In this document: piece after piece, positions 26,848-40,749 of the stretch
How the letters are laid out: the number at the start of each line of letters is the position of its first letter
Position numbering within the stretch: position 1 is the first letter of the stretch
NCBI GenBank assembly: GCA_030704615.1
Contig: CM060731.1
Coordinates: 89,404,001 to 89,468,000 of the forward strand
Direction: 5' to 3'
Source of the DNA: Takakia lepidozioides
Lineage: Eukaryota > Plantae > Bryophyta
Length of the DNA: 64,000 nucleotides
Program-made: the position numbers and the translations under genes
Notes under the pieces: model-generated
The model's input: only the letters and a program-made list of their open reading frames with translations
What the model was told of the DNA's origin: nothing
Database searches by the model: none

Positions 26848-28471
26848 TGGTGTGCCAAAGTGCCACTGGTCATAAATCAAAATCTTTAGTCATTTGTATT
26901 TGCCCCTTCACTTCAATCTGTGTCTACAGAAGTTGAAACTTCTCACCTGTTTACAGATAAGCAGGACCTTTCTTTAAACTATGAGAGCAATTGAGAGTTC
27001 TCATTCCAACGTCGGAGATTTCCTACCATAGAACTAAAGCGGAGCTTGTAACCCAAGACTTTTTCCCTCATTGTCTTCGCAATTCAGAAAGGCAGGGGTG
27101 CAGCATGCATGGGTGAAAAGCATTTGTATTCTCTTAAAGAAAATGCAACATTTGGTTACAGTTATCATCCCTCCGAGTGCATATTACTGCCTGGCAGGTT
27201 ATTCAGTCCAACAATTTGCTTGGCAGTTTAAGGCTTTTTTTTACTTGGGATACAAACAAGAGTAGAGTGGAAAGATAGCTTCCTGCTATATGGTTGTAGA
27301 AGCGTGTATAATATGCAAGTAATTCAAGCTGAATACTTTGCCCCTTTCAAGATGTGGTGATGTTGTGGTGATGTTGTCAACTCATCGGTCGGCCAATGCC
27401 ATGCACACAAGTTGTAGAGGTTAGCAGCTTGACTCTGCTCAGTAGAAAACAAGTAAGGAGGGGTTTCATTTACTGTAATGAGGAAAAGCATTTTGGAGGC
27501 AAAGTGACCAAGTTCAGGCAGATTGAAGAGCATCAGTTTGACTGTTCATTATTCTTTGAGGGAAGTTTAGAACAAGCACCAGGTGATTGGATTCCTTAGA
27601 ACCAATTGAGATGTCTGGTTGACAGTACTCAAGCTAGATTTACAGTCTTCTCTGGTCTTCACAGTCTCATCACAGTAGGTCTGGAGTTTGAATTTGAGAG
27701 GAAGGGCCTGGCGCTATGATGGGTGATTCCGGCCTGCTTGGCGTCCTTTTCCTTTTTGGTGGACAAGTTCGCATTATAAAACCATGAACCTGCAGCTCAT
27801 AACTTGCAAAATAACTCCTCTGTTTCCCTAAGCAGGTGATGCAGAAAATATATCTAATGCTTGTCAAGATTTGATGTCAATCCACCATTGAATAGCCATA
27901 GAGGCCTAGTTTCTCCCTCCTTACCATCCCCCTTTCCCTGAGGTCCAAGGTGGAGCAGAGATCCCCGCCTAATCTTTTATCCACACACGAGCTTCCGACA
28001 GTGGATCCACTGTGCCCCAGTGATATGGGTGATAACTTCCCAAATATATTGTACCATCCTCTACCTTACCAGGGGCAAGGGACCTGGTGCTGCTGACCTT
28101 TATAGCACGAATTGTAGTAATACACATACATGCCAACAGCTGCTGTGTCTTTTGGTCCTGTCAGGGCTAAGTTCATGGGCAACAGCTTTATTACAGCTTC
28201 TAAGATCAACACTGGAAGAGATGGAATGTAGCAAAGCTGATGAAAATTCCACCAAAGTTTGTGCACAGGAGGATTGGACATACAATGGCTACCTCCATCA
28301 TATACTTGCCCATCATAACCACCACAATTCACAGCAGGGTCACCCTAGGGACAAGCATGTGTTTTGAGAGTGCGTTTTGTTTGTCCCATCTCTCCCAATA
28401 TTGTACACTGGATGGCCTCCAATTGTCAAGTTTGTATGAAATTGTGTGCTCAAAAGGTGGGCAGAAGATTG

Positions 28472-29140
28472 CTAGTTTGTTACCTCGCGGCTATGCTTCA
28501 TAACACTATCGCTAAGAGTGGCTAGATGGCGCTTGGTTTCGCCTTGATCGATCAGCTTGTCAAATTGAGTCATGTTGGCACACTTCCGGATTACTGCCAA
28601 GGCCTCCTCCAGCTCTGGATTGAATGCATCGAACACCTGGCTGCCCTCCCCAACGTCATCATTGTTTGAGGACAATTATGTGATTTCCATGTCAGTTATT
28701 TAAAACCTTCTAATAGCAAACCAATAATTTGCATCTGATATTAGCATTTGCAGTGGGAAAGAAGAATCCTTCATGCAGATTCGCAGATTCACGGCAGATC
28801 GGAGATAGACTCTCCAGAGAGAGTGGGGCTATGTTCGGAGTGAAGTTGACACCATGATTTGCAGTCAATATCTCCAAAGATTGAAGTGCAGCATAGGAGC
28901 AGTGATCTTTGTTCTCAGATTGTCCCGCCATAGACGGATGGGAGCAAAAATATACCTGGCACCCAGGACATCACACAAGTTGGGATTTTGCTGCTCTGAT
29001 TCGATCACGGTAGGCCATAGCTGCTGAACTATCAAAGCAATATCATGGCAATGTGTGCGGAAGGCTTTTGTTTCTTGCTGGGCGCCATCGATCGCCTCCA
29101 TCAAATTTACGCATCTTTGTACACAGTCTGCTATCTGCAT
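28472..29140 (-). pseudogene. Fragment of an MCAfunc/MLKL-like N-terminal four-helix-bundle gene
   Basis: EAIDGAQQETKAFRTHCHDIALIVQQLWP (ORF 28865-29140) plus ELEEALAVIRKC..QGETKRHLATL (ORF 28472-28675) resemble that helical domain. Splice sites are weak and no downstream domain is seen. Confidence 0.3.
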
Positions 29141-30389
29141 CGTTCTTCCTCCTCACGCAGTCTAATCTTCCTTTTCTTTCCTTCGCTATCCTGACCATGT
29201 CCCGGAGCTCATCGTGCCTACGTGTACATCTGCGTCTCGAATCTTTCTTCAATTTCAGCTCCTACATACATCATTTGAACATCTCTATTCAAAACCTAAA
29301 ATGATGTTGTCACTGTCTCTCTCCTTCTCTCCCTGTGCCCCCTCTTTTTCGCAGCGCATGAAGGACCTCAAACAACTTGGACATATTTCAAAAAGTCTTC
29401 AAGTTGCAGTCTATGTCGAATTGCCCGTCTTCCTGGCAGTGGTCATGCTGCAACTACAGAAAATCCTTACTTCATACTAGATATTTCTCCATGTTTTCCT
29501 AAATCTACAAGCATCTGGATCCCTCCGAGTATTGAAACTCGTCAGCACGCAATTCTGCTCTGTAGTGTGAATAGAGGTAAAAATCTGCCGATATCGCTGT
29601 TAATGCAAATACACCTCATCCTCCATTTTGCCAAGAACTATAGCGCGTATTCCTAGAAATAGACTGAAAAGCTTCCGACCTCTGTAAGTTTACCATCTCC
29701 TCCAAACAAGATTTGCGCCCTTCCACACCATTGCTACTAAATCCACAAGCAAACTGACAAGATATAGAGAAATGTCACTGCAAAACACAACCCACAACCC
29801 TAAGATGAAACAGTTTCCTCCAGAAGCGATCTTCGGTCGCACTTCACATCCCATGTTGGAGCTTCCTCTGTGTTAACAACTCTGCATGCACTCACGCACT
29901 CCGAACGAATGTGAATCACCCCAATCTCAGAACAACACAGTCTTGTCATCCAGATTCGCCTCACAGACAATCACTTTCAACAACACCCAACAAAAGACTA
30001 CAAATTTGATTCCAAAACCAAAGTTTTTGTGGGCTTTGGGTCCCTGATCAACGGCATGTGCCATGCCCTAGAAACAGTGGGTGGCTAACTTTTGGGAAGA
30101 GAGGGAAGCGGCAGGTCAAAGGGTGATAAATGCAGGATCCATCCGCACATGTCGCGAGCTGCCACAGAGAAGAGAGAGCTTGACTGCGCTCTTATGGGAG
30201 AAAGGTGGTGCTGTAGTTGGGTCAAGACTCAAGACGGTGCCGCGGGTAAAGCATACCTAGGATTGTAGGGAGCGCAAGGCAATTTTGAAGGGTTGAGGGG
30301 GTTGGGTTCTCTCTCCGTCGTCTGCGGCTTGCTTGGGATCGCTCTTTCTGCCACACAAATTGGAAAGGAATCTGGGATCGGCTGTAGAC

Positions 30390-31861
30390 ATGGCGCACAG
30401 AGCGTGCATCTTGGGTGTGGTTTTGCTTCTGCTGCAGGCGTGTGCGCGCGTGCATGCGGTGCACTTCGAGGTGAGCAGCAGGACTACCAAGTGCATAGCA
30501 GAAGAGATTCAGACCAACGTGGTGGTCGTGGGTGACTACCGCGTCGTGAGCGGCTCCGAAGACGGCCTTCACGTCACTGCGAAAGTTGGTATCTCTTTCC
30601 TTTTTTGCCCAGCTGTTACCTTTTTGTTTGTGGGTTGAAGGGCCTACGGCTATGGTCTCCAGGAAGATTTTATCTGCGTCTCGCTTACTGCTCAAATCCA
30701 TGTCCACGAACAATTAGATCTTGGATCGGTCCTTCCTTCATTCTTGTATGCCGGTTAGGCTTTAAGGCTTAAGTGTGACTTTCTAGGGTGTCTACCGGTG
30801 GCTCCAAGCAGACTTTGAGCTTTATCCCTATCTGACCTGCATTGTTTCGAAATTCAGAATCTGGGTCTCAACATTCACATCTGAATAAAGGGAGTAACTA
30901 TAAGTGCCGCCTGCATGTAGAATCGCACTCCCAGCCTCTGAGAAAGGATCAAGCCATGTGACTGACAGCAGATACCACACCCTGTCCCTTACATGCTGAC
31001 AGAAGAGTGTCTGCCGGTGGCTTCAAACAGGGTTTTGTATCTTATCCGCAATCCTGATTGATACTACCCTGGGCCAAGGATCTTACACGATCTGGTAGTT
31101 CTTCAACAAAGGACTATACAGAGTTCGATCTTTTTTCATGCAACAACTTGTGTTTCTCGGACAAGGACGAACCACATGAGGGAGCTGCTGACAATGAGGG
31201 GTTTTGTGACTGAACATTACTTTGTCCTCAGGTTACATCTTCCACCCTCATTCTGGTCACAGTTCTCAACTTATGTTTGGAGCAAAGGCTCTCATACTAA
31301 TATGACCTCCATCCGTGGGATCCATGGGATGGGGATCAAATTTGCAGGTCACATCGCCATATGGGAACCAGATGCATTTCCAAGAGAATGTCCAGACAGG
31401 CCAGTTTGCTTTCACAACAAAAGAGGCTGGCAATTTCATGGCCTGCTTCTGGATGCAGAATGCAGGACCCAATTCCAACATCAAGTTGGCACTTGACTGG
31501 AAGACAGGTGTTGCCGCAAAAGACTGGGCCACCATTGCAAAGAAGGACAAGCTTGATGTATGCGATTTAACCCTCTGTCACATGTTTAAAATGATCTAAT
31601 TTTGTAGAGATATACTTGTGGAGGTGCCCATCTGAGGAGGTGGGAGGCTTTCAAGTTTTGGTTAAGAATAGAATACTTTTGCGCACTCTTTCGTTTAGCT
31701 ATCAGGGACAGAGGACAAAGTAACATGTATGTGGTTTAGGGCCTAGCAGTCTAAGGAAAGTGTGTGGGTTGGCACCGGGTGCAGGATATGGAACTTGAGC
31801 TGAGGAAATTGGAGGAAGCTGTGGGATCAATCCACAACGAAATGCTATATTTGAGAGACAG
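30390..31861 (+). CDS. p24-delta / emp24-gp25L (TMED10-like) cargo receptor, exons 1-3; terminal exon not in window
   Basis: Exons 30390-30584, 31348-31557, 31785-31861: signal peptide, TKCIAEEIQTNVVVVGDY, VTSPYGN..GQFAFTTKEAGNFMACFW, LDWKTGVAAKDWATIAKKDKLD, MELELRKLEEAVGSIHNEMLYLRDR. The transmembrane/KKxx exon was not found downstream. Confidence 0.9.
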
Positions 31862-32199
31862 GTGTGACAAATTGTTGTGTCCCACTGAATTTCAACTTAA
31901 TGAGGACTATGTATACATAGATTTGCAAATAAGAAATACACCAAAAGCAACTCATAAACATTTCGGGCAGACGAGCTGACAGATGCACATGTAGAAACCA
32001 GTTGGACTTATCCACATCCGTGTAGGTGACCCTTTTTCTTGCTATGCTGTACCTATGGCACTTGCATAAAGACCCGGCCAGGATTTCTTAGTTGGAGAGG
32101 ATGGAACCTTACGGGGTGGGATTTTTCCGCCAGGTGAGGATGGCACCTTATACCGTGTAAGGTTCCTCCTCTCAAGGAGAGGAGGCACCTTATGAGGGG

Positions 32200-32500
32200 T
32201 AAGGTTCCTGCACATTTTGAGCTGTCCGATTGAGGAAATCCCAGCCATTGAAATCCCTGCTGTGAGGCCCTCGGACGGGGGCCTTCCTGAAACTCAAGCA
32301 CTCGGCTATCACCTCGTGGCCAACCCCTCATGGCAGCTTATGGGCCGTAAGGTTCCTGCGTATTTTGAGCAGTCCGATTAAGGAAATCCCAGCCATCGAA
32401 ATCCCTGCTGTTTCTTTACGCAGGGTGAGGCCCTCAGACAGGGGCCTTCCTGAAACTCGGGGCAGCACTCGGCTACCGCCTCGTGGCCAACCCCTCATGT
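32200..32500 (+). repeat. Two-copy tandem duplication of about 135-150 bp
   Basis: TAAGGTTCCTGC..GGAAATCCCAGCCAT..GAGGCCCTC..GCCTTCCTGAAACTC..CCTCGTGGCCAACCCCTCATG occurs at about 32200 and 32348. Confidence 0.7.
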
Positions 32501-32599
32501 CAGGAAGTCTCCCGTCTTGGGCCTCACCCTACACAAATAATCAAATAGCTCTTCAACTGGGACTGGGCTTGTGGAGCCTGCAGCTGTGACCATATGAAC

Positions 32600-32860
32600 A
32601 GAAGATGCTTCGCCACTGCTTCTGCACCTCTGTCACCCCCTCAAGCCCTGGCCTAATTGCTGGGCAGCTCACACACATCAGCTTGTGCTTGTGTGAAGGA
32701 CATGCTCTTTTTGAGCACCGCAACCTGAATGGATTCTAGAGTTTTAGCATAGTTGGAGTTGTTGACCCACACGGCAGATGTGTACTCCAAGGCAGGCCTA
32801 GTAACGTTGCAAAGAATGGTCCTTTTACCTTCAGTCTTAAACCCTCTGCAGTGAAAAAAA
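32600..32860 (-). mobile_element. LINE fragment, same family as 9630-10850
   Basis: Nucleotide similarity to 10600-10790 (GCAGATG..ACTCCAAGGC.GGCCT..TAAC; PALEY.SAVW). The family's 3' motif ACATTGTTTGCCGTAGCCTTGTGGCCAT recurs at about 33788. Confidence 0.7.
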
Positions 32861-34359
32861 TTAGAAAAATTTAGTGAGACACAATGCTTTGTTCTGTGTA
32901 TGCGCCTCCCAATTGCAACTGGAGGAAACTCAACACCAAGATATATTTAGGAAGGGAGCACAGAAATCTCTTGACCTCCCCATGCCAACAGGTGGCATGC
33001 TTATAACCGTTGGCATGCTTTGTTGGTTATAAGTTATAACAGCGCTAAGGTAATCCATGGGGTGACATGGGTTCTGGAGTTACAATATTTAGCTGAACCT
33101 GAATAAAACAAATATTTTGGATGTGATGGCTACACACTGGGAAAACGAAATGTAGTATTGAACGTTTTGAGCATCATCATTACATGATGATGCTGGAGAA
33201 AAGAGGATCTGCTCCAGGCACTACCTGATGGGACTTCTGAACTTGGCACATGTGGGACAAGCTCTCGTGCTAACTGTAAAAGGAAATGTGGACTGGATGA
33301 TTTTTCAGGGAGGCAGAAATGCGTAATTTGAACGAGTTGACAAATGCGAGGGTGGCATGGTTTGGAATACTATCACTTCTAGTGTGCCTAGCAGTAGCTG
33401 GGTGGCAGTTATGGCATCTGAAAACATTTTTTGAGAGGAAGAAGCTTCTGTGAATTGGTGAGAAGGTTCCACAGAGGAAAAGAGGGTGTGTTGCAACTCT
33501 TTCGCTGTTTACACAACAGAGATACCCAGTGCTTGAGTTTACTAAGCCAAGGGGTGAGTAAGGTCAAGGGCTCTTCAACTGTTACTCCGCCATGCCCTCC
33601 TTAGGCAGCGAACTGGTCAAATTCCAGTCCCACATTTGCATGTAATTGGTCATCTCTGATTTGCCTTTTTGGCCTACATTATGTGTTGTGCTTTACCACT
33701 TATTTCAGGATGTTTTCAGCTTAGTGGGTTTTGAGTACGTGATTTATCAGTCTTCTGTCAGTAAGGAGAGGTAATGTACTCAGAAGACATTGTTTGCCGT
33801 AGCCTTGTGGCCATAGACCACACGCCCAGTTTGGGGGGGTCAGTAAGAAGAGAGAGCTAGAGGGAGGAGTTCTTTTATCGACAAGGCTGGCTTAGGACTA
33901 TTCAGTCCTTCCGGACTTGCACTGATTTTTTCAAACCCCCATGGATTCTCTTTGAGATTTACAAAATATGTCGCATCTTTGTATCTGGAAACACAACCCT
34001 GTATCACAGCATATCTTACTTTAGATACAGAGAATGAAGGCGGATATTAATAGCAAGAGTATGCACTCTTCAGTTGCAACCAATGCTTGTTTACATATCA
34101 GGTACTTAACGTAATATTCATTTTCTTGTCAATGGTGTTCTCTTTCCTCTCGTGAAGATCCACAGATACTTAAATGGAAACCTGGAAAGGGACCATGATG
34201 TATAGATACAATGCCTCTCATTTTAAGATAATAGGGTCTTCAATGGGCACTTGCGATGTGGCCGGTGGGCCCCGCGCACGGACGCCCGGGTCCCAGCACC
34301 CCGCCCCGCCCGCCGCTGCGCGCGGTCACCCAACCGCGCCCGCGCCCCCGTCTGCCGCG

Positions 34360-34490
34360 CGGCCAGTCCCCGCCCATGAGTCCGCTGCCCTCCAGTCCGC
34401 TGCTGGCCAGTCCGCTGCCCAGTTTGCCAGTCGGCCAGTCCGCTATTGGCCAGTCCGCTGCCCAGTCCCCTGCCATCCAGTCCGCTGACG
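34360..34490 (+). repeat. Element-1 motif array CAGTCCGCTG (upstream of transposase)
   Basis: About seven AGTCC(G/C)CT variants in 130 bp. Confidence 0.8.
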
Positions 34491-34694
34491 GCGCAGGATC
34501 GCCACCGTCTATTCCCATAACCCATCCGAGCCCTCCATTTTTAGGGCTGCAATTCAAACCTGCATCCCTGCCGCCTGCCACTTGCCAGCAGCCGCGAACG
34601 TGCCCACTGTTCTCCTGGCACGTTGTCGATCGTGTCTTGTACTGCGGCGCGTTTTTTGCATGTTCAGAAGCGTGTCATTTAACCTGTATAGGGC

Positions 34695-37600
34695 ATGGAC
34701 GTGGAAGCAAAACCCGATGATATACTGATCACGGAAAGCCCGCTTATACAGCCTCTTCGACAATGTTTGCAAACAGCAAAATCAGGACCCTTCAACAGGA
34801 AGGATCTCCATTGGAAGAGTGAGACGCAATATGGGTTTATGGGTGGGCGAGTGAATGTTGAAAAGGCCTGCATACCTTGGGATAGAGTTGGTGACTTCGT
34901 CCTGGGAGAGGAGAGTTTGGAGGACTACCCCACTCAGTTTTGGGTGAATGTCCATTCTAAAGTGGAACCCGGCTCGCGAAAAGCACCCAGAGCCAACACA
35001 TTTATGTCCAGTATTATGTGTGCACCATCCTCAGTCCTTTTGACGTTTCATTGCATGCCTGTTGCCATTTTTTGTTTCACGAGTTCTCTGATTTTATGCT
35101 TCCTCAAGTCGTTGGATATCGATTTTAGAATTTTCTATCCATGTATCAATGCTGCTACGGTCCTGATGACAAGCGCACCAACAAAGCAATAGTGGAGGAT
35201 CCAAAACAGAAGCGTGGAGGACCTCTTGTGGGTGTTGGAACATCTTGCCCTCATAAAGGCCCAAGGAGAAAGAAGTCGGAGTATGGAGAGTCTTACAAAC
35301 GTGGTTGCCAATGTTGTTTCAAGGTCCAGCAATGCTATCTCGCTCCTGACATCTGTGTCCTCACGTACTACAACAACATGGAGCATACAGATGTGCAAGG
35401 GAAACCCTCGCATGGGAAGTCCGCAGAGTTCAGGAACACCCGCCACGCCTATGCACCACACATTAGCGAGGAATTGAAAGCCTGGGTCGTCGAGTGTTTG
35501 TGTCGAGGCCTGTCGGTCGCCCAAATCATGATGGAGCATAAAGAGCACGTGATGAACAACACCGGCTTGGGCGATGCATGGACCCGCGATGATTTCTTAT
35601 TGGAGCAAGATGTTCGCAACCTTGCCGAGAAACGTGCGTGGCAAACCTTCAAAAAGCACGCCGATGATGCTGAGAGTATGCGCATGTGGAGAGACCAGAA
35701 TCCTGCGTCCGTTTTTTTCTATCAAGAGGAGAAATTAGAACCAACATTCGAGCATTTTGATGGAGATTTGACATTCACTATTGGCATACAGACTCCGTGG
35801 CAGAAACGACGAATGCTGGAACTAGGACATGACCGTATCGTTGCATGTGATGCAACCTTTGGGACAAATCATGACAAGGTACTATTCGAACGATTCCATG
35901 GACTTGTACGAGCATGATAGCATAGTACCATGCAACATTCACATAATATTTGGTGTGCTGACCCTTTCTGTATGTTTAGGGTTGTGTACGTTGCGGAAGA
36001 CCGAGAGGCAGACCCATTGTGAACCGCTACAGACCTCATCACTCTTATGAAGTCTTCTCGTGCAGAACTGAGCGGAATTTGCATGCTCTGACCATCTTAC
36101 ATTGTGCATTCCAACAGTTCCCATTGTACACGTTGATGGTCTTCGACGAGTGGTTGAATGGTATACCAGTTGCCTATATCCTATCCGTGAGGAATCGGAC
36201 AAGAGACCTGGTTCCGTGGATGAGAGCCTTGCGCGATTCACTCCTCGCAGATTTGCCGAGCTGGCAACCCAATGCCTTCATTGTGGACGATGCCGAAGCA
36301 GAAATCAACGCTATTCGGTAAGTCTGTTGGTCCACAGCACCGGTCCATTGTCGAAGTCCACTGCAGCAGTCCATTGCTACAGTCCACTGGCAGACTCCTG
36401 TGGCGAAACCCGATGGCAGTTCGCTGGGCAAATCCACTGGTAGTCCGCTGTCAAGTCCGGTCATCAGTCCCCTAGCAAGTCCGCTGCCAAGTCCACTCAG
36501 CAGTCCCTGGGGTCGGCCGTCCGTTGCCAAGTCCACTCGGCAGTCCCTGGGGCAGTCCGCTGCCCCAGTCCTAGCTAGGGGAAGTCCAATGGGGAAGTCC
36601 ACTGGGTAGTCCAATGGGGTTATTCCAGCACATCAACGTCATGGCATTGTACTGTCCACTGGGCGAGTCCAGTGGCTCTGCCCGCTGATACAGGTCGCTA
36701 TTACAGTCCACTCCGGCAGTCCACCATTGCAGTCCGATCCCAAGACTCTAATGTGTACCATGTGTGTTATGCAGAATTGTTTTTGAAGGAGTACTCATTT
36801 TCCTCTGCCTTTGGCATGTCCGCAAGGCATGGGTGAAGCAATCATGCAAGAAAACAAAGGATCTGGTGACCGCTGTAAACTTGTTGAAGGATATGGGAGA
36901 CCTCATGTACTGTAGAGGGGGACCACGCAACGAGAAAAGAGCGCTTCGGTGGGTTGCAAGGAGAATATGAGGTCAAAATACCCGAAAGGACATGAATTTC
37001 TTGACTATATCGAACAGTACTGGAAGCCCAAAATAGCAATGTGGTGTACAGCAGCCCGCAATGTCCCTCATGCGAGCCAAGACACAAATGCAAGCATTGA
37101 GGCATACCATGGAAATCTGAAGGCAAGACTTGCCATGGGGAAAGACAAGATGAGTGGTCGTAGAGTGGACTAGCTTATATGGGAATTCACTGGCCGTGTG
37201 CTAACACACTACTGGTACGCAATCCATTTGAAGACCCACGGATTCATAAGAAATGACAAACACGAAAAGTACATATCCAGTTCTATACTTGCGGCACGAA
37301 ACATTCCTGCTGAGAGTGTTACTCTTTCCTTGGGTCCTGGTGAACCAGCCTACGTTCTCAGCAGCAACCACCCCGGCACAACATACATTGTTTACAATCC
37401 TGATTGCGATTGGGGTTGTTGCACGTGCCCATGGGCAATGAAGGGAAACTTATGCAAGCATCAGGTCCATGTCCTGAAGATGCTTCACCCTGACCTGCAG
37501 GATGGCCTCCTTGTACGCGCTTGTGGCACGGCGCTGGGAACCATTCATGGAGGATTACCTAACTTGCTCTTGGGCAATGGTGCCGGCGACAACGACGAAT

Positions 37601-38022
37601 CCAATCAGTTCATGGAAAGACATCCTCCGGACGACTTCCCCTACGACGAGGCACCTCTGCAGGTCTCAGCCTCATTGGAACAAGAATTCACGGACATACT
37701 TCGCATTGTAGGTGATGACAAATACCTGGAGGCACATGCCCGATCTGCTCTTCATATGTGCAGAGGGCAGCTCGTTGATATCCTGGCGAAAAGTGCGGCT
37801 GGAATGTTGCACCCTGCGGCAGCGAAGGCTTTCCGTCCTCTGAACGACAACAACAACATGTCTCTGAAAAGGAGACGAGATTTCGTGGAGGCCTGGAAAA
37901 CCCGGCCTAGGGTTTTGCGGAGAACCAGCAAGAGGGTGTCTGCACCTGCACCTGCAGCATATATATACTCGAAAATTTGCAAGGTTTCAGGTCGTATAGA
38001 TGTCATGAAAAAGACAATATAA
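34695..38022 (+). pseudogene. MULE/Mutator-like transposase no. 1 with SWIM zinc finger (disrupted)
   Basis: Exons at about 34695-35017, 35143-35878, 36118-36317, 36775-38022. WRKY/FAR1-like CQCCF..H..H; DDE core ACDATFGTN, IVDDAEAE, CLWH, TNASIEAYHGNLK; SWIM CTCPWAMKGNLCKH. Lesions: acceptor AG>AT at about 35142, frameshift near 36960, TAG at 37171. Confidence 0.85.
36318..36745 (+). repeat. Element-1 motif array (C/A)AGTCC(A/G)CTG filling transposase intron 3
   Basis: Roughly 20 AGTCC-based motifs between the GT at 36318 and the AG at about 36774. Confidence 0.8.
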
Positions 38023-38232
38023 GTCTGCAATGCCTCTAAAACAGACAAGGTTTCACATCGTGTAGGTGTCACGGAGAAAACAATATAAGTCTGCAATTCC
38101 TCGAAAAGAGACAAGGTTTCATGTCGTGTAGGTGTCACGAAGAAGACAATATAAGTCTGCAATTCCTCGAAAAGAGACAAGGTGACATGTCGTGTAGGTG
38201 TCACGAAGAAGACAATATAAGTCTGCAATTTC
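37980..38232 (+). repeat. 66-bp tandem repeat, about 3.7 units
   Basis: CAAGGT starts at 37980, 38046, 38112 and 38178; shared ACAATATAAGTCTGCAAT. Confidence 0.9.
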
Positions 38233-38629
38233 TTCTGGTAGCATTGTCCTTTTTTGAAATACAAGTCCGCAATGGACTAATGCACAGTCTCCCAACGGAC
38301 TCCTCCAGTCTCCCAACTGACTCCCACACAGTCTCCCAAGCATAGTCTCACAACAGACTCATGCACAGTCTCCCAACAGAGTCACAGTCAACAGACTGCG
38401 AGCGCCAGTGAGCCAGTCTGCTGGTCAGTCTGCTGCCCACTCCAAAAGTCTGCTCACCACACTTCCACCTCATCCCTGCAACTTATGCCAATCCAGCGTC
38501 CCAGCGGACTCATGGACATGGTGCCTCCCAGACTAGGTACCAGACCCAGCAGTCCTAGCCTCGGCAGCGTACTGCTCGCACATTCAAGCTCAGCAGACTC
38601 GGGTGCACAGTGCATGGAAAATTGACACC

Positions 38630-40280
38630 ATTGTGTCCATTGAGTTTAGTGACAACATTACAAAACATGACAGCACCCACAGTACACAAAAATGCTCATC
38701 ACCACTGGAATAGTACGCGAGGATATCAAATGGGGTCTGCCGCGTTTTACGTTTCCATTGAGAACGACCACGGAGCTTCTCGTGCCCACACTTCCGATGA
38801 GGTGGACAAATGGGGTCCCCATTGGCAAAGACGAAATGAGGAGTTCAAGAGATTGATTGCTACTGATCCTCTTTTCCAGCACTTGTCCAGAAAGATGTTT
38901 TACGTGTGGGATGGCAATCATCGCCTCCTGGCATGGATGGAGTACATAGCCCAAGCCCACCCCAACGACCTGGATTGGCATTTCGCCGTGGAGTGTGTTG
39001 TGCTGAAGGTTGCGGGGCCCAAAGATCGCAGTTTTCTCAAAGGTGCAATGGCAGACATCAACTCGTAAGTTACAATGCCTGTTGCTTTAGAACTTTGAAT
39101 TTGAAACAGTCATTTCATTGCCAATCGTCATATTTGATGCAAATTCTCATTTCAGTATTGTTTAATGGAAATGTGGCATTGCAGGGTGACTGAGAATGCC
39201 TTCATTGCCACCAACTTGTCCCATATGCTCTTCCGAGTGAAGGATGTCGGGAAGCAGGGGGTGCAAGAGTTTGCCAATTCGCTCAGTGCCGACCTCCTTT
39301 GCAAGTCGAAGGCAAAGGCAGACAGAACTTGGTATAGGCTGAGCATGGACACCATGGTGGACTACATATTTCGGGTAAAGCTCCTAACTGTTTTGTTCAG
39401 CTAATCTGTCTCTCTTACCCTAATAGAAGAAAAAGTGTTGACCATGATTTCTAATCTTATGTGCGCTTTCTTGACAGACGAAAATTCAGCAGGATTTGAC
39501 ACATACGCGGAGGTTCTACATGAAGTCAGAGGAGAAGAAGCTAACCCTCCCGGCACTGGAATCGTATCTCAAAGCTGCGGAGGTGAAGGCCCGCATCAAG
39601 TACAAGTCGCGGATGGTAAAGTACGTGGCCATAGCTGATCCCGCCCTTGGTGCCGACTTTCTGGTGGAGGTGGGGAAGCACCACTCCCGCGCTCTGAAGC
39701 CCACGATGACATTGGAGAAGCTGCATCGTCTAGCCACATCCTGTGTGGATGCAACAGAAAAGGTTATACATTCTTAACCAAATTGTGATGTCAACAATTC
39801 GTTTTTGTGATGTTTGGCACTTACTAATATGCTGGGTGGTTGGACAGACCCGGTGGCTCCAAATCTGGAATGGTTCCCAAAGTATAAGGGACATGTGGAG
39901 CTTCCCCAAACCCGACAAACTGTCTGACCCCACATTCGACATGTGGATGAACCGCATGACATGGTGGTTTCAGGTACTTTCCTTCGCTTCATTTGCTGAT
40001 TCTACGCTTGTACCGGGTGGATTTACTGTATTTTTTGAGGAAAACGGTCTGATGGAGAATTTCCACAGGTGACGACGAATGCGCAAGAGCAGCTTGACAC
40101 ACAAGCACATCAGTTCAAGCTGGAGATTTCTGGTGAAGCAGAGAGCCTACGCGACTATGTGACGAGGTACTTTCTGCTCTACAAAACCGACCTATTCTTT
40201 CGAGAGATACCCCATGCCCGCCGGAGCCACGAGTTCACCGACCAGCCGAACGCGGACAAAGCGGCAATGCGCCTTCTGTA
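38630..40280 (+). pseudogene. ParB-like/methyltransferase-like accessory gene, copy A (ParB and middle region; broken at about 40280)
   Basis: GYQMGSAAFYVS..KMFYVWDGNHRLLAWMEYI..DLDWHF..AMADIN, then exons SHMLFR..WYRLS, IADPALGADFLVEV, MTLEKLHRLA, RWLQIWNG..FDMWMNRMTWWFQ, DKAAMRLL. All are collinear with copy C. Confidence 0.8.
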
Positions 40281-40749
40281 AACGTCACCGCCGAATACTG
40301 CCGTGTAGGCTCGCCCTCAAATGCCAACTTCTTGGCAGAGCCAGTCCCAGTCCGAACTGACTTGGGAACTCGGACGACCGGTGACTTGGTAGCAGCAGCA
40401 GCAGTTGCAGGACCTTGCACAAAGTCGTCGTTGGAGTCACTCCCTTGGGGCCCCTCCTGCGCCTCCTCTGGTGCCCCGGTGGTTTTCTGTTTTTTGGGGG
40501 TTACTGTACTCCCCTGTTTCCGTGTCCTTTTCTTTTGTCCTTTATTCTTCTCATTCAATTTCTCCTGAATACCTGCCTGAGCAAGCTCTGCCGCTTTCCT
40601 GGACTTGGCAAGCGCTTTCACCTCCTTTGGACCCAGCGGAGGCAGCGGAGCCCGGTTTCGTCGGGCCTCCGCATCCAGCTTCAATTGAAACTCGGATGAG
40701 TCGAGCGAGCCACATACCAAGGGCAATCAAGCAAATGTTCCAGATGCCA
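40281..40749 (-). pseudogene. Inverted exon fragment of the same accessory gene family
   Basis: Minus strand reads WHLEHLLDCPWY..SRKAAELAQ..KKRTRKQG..VTPKK..TGSAKK, matching copy B WHAAHLVGCPWY..SRKAAEMAQ..KKRTRQQG..VTPKK..TGSAKK. Confidence 0.8.
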
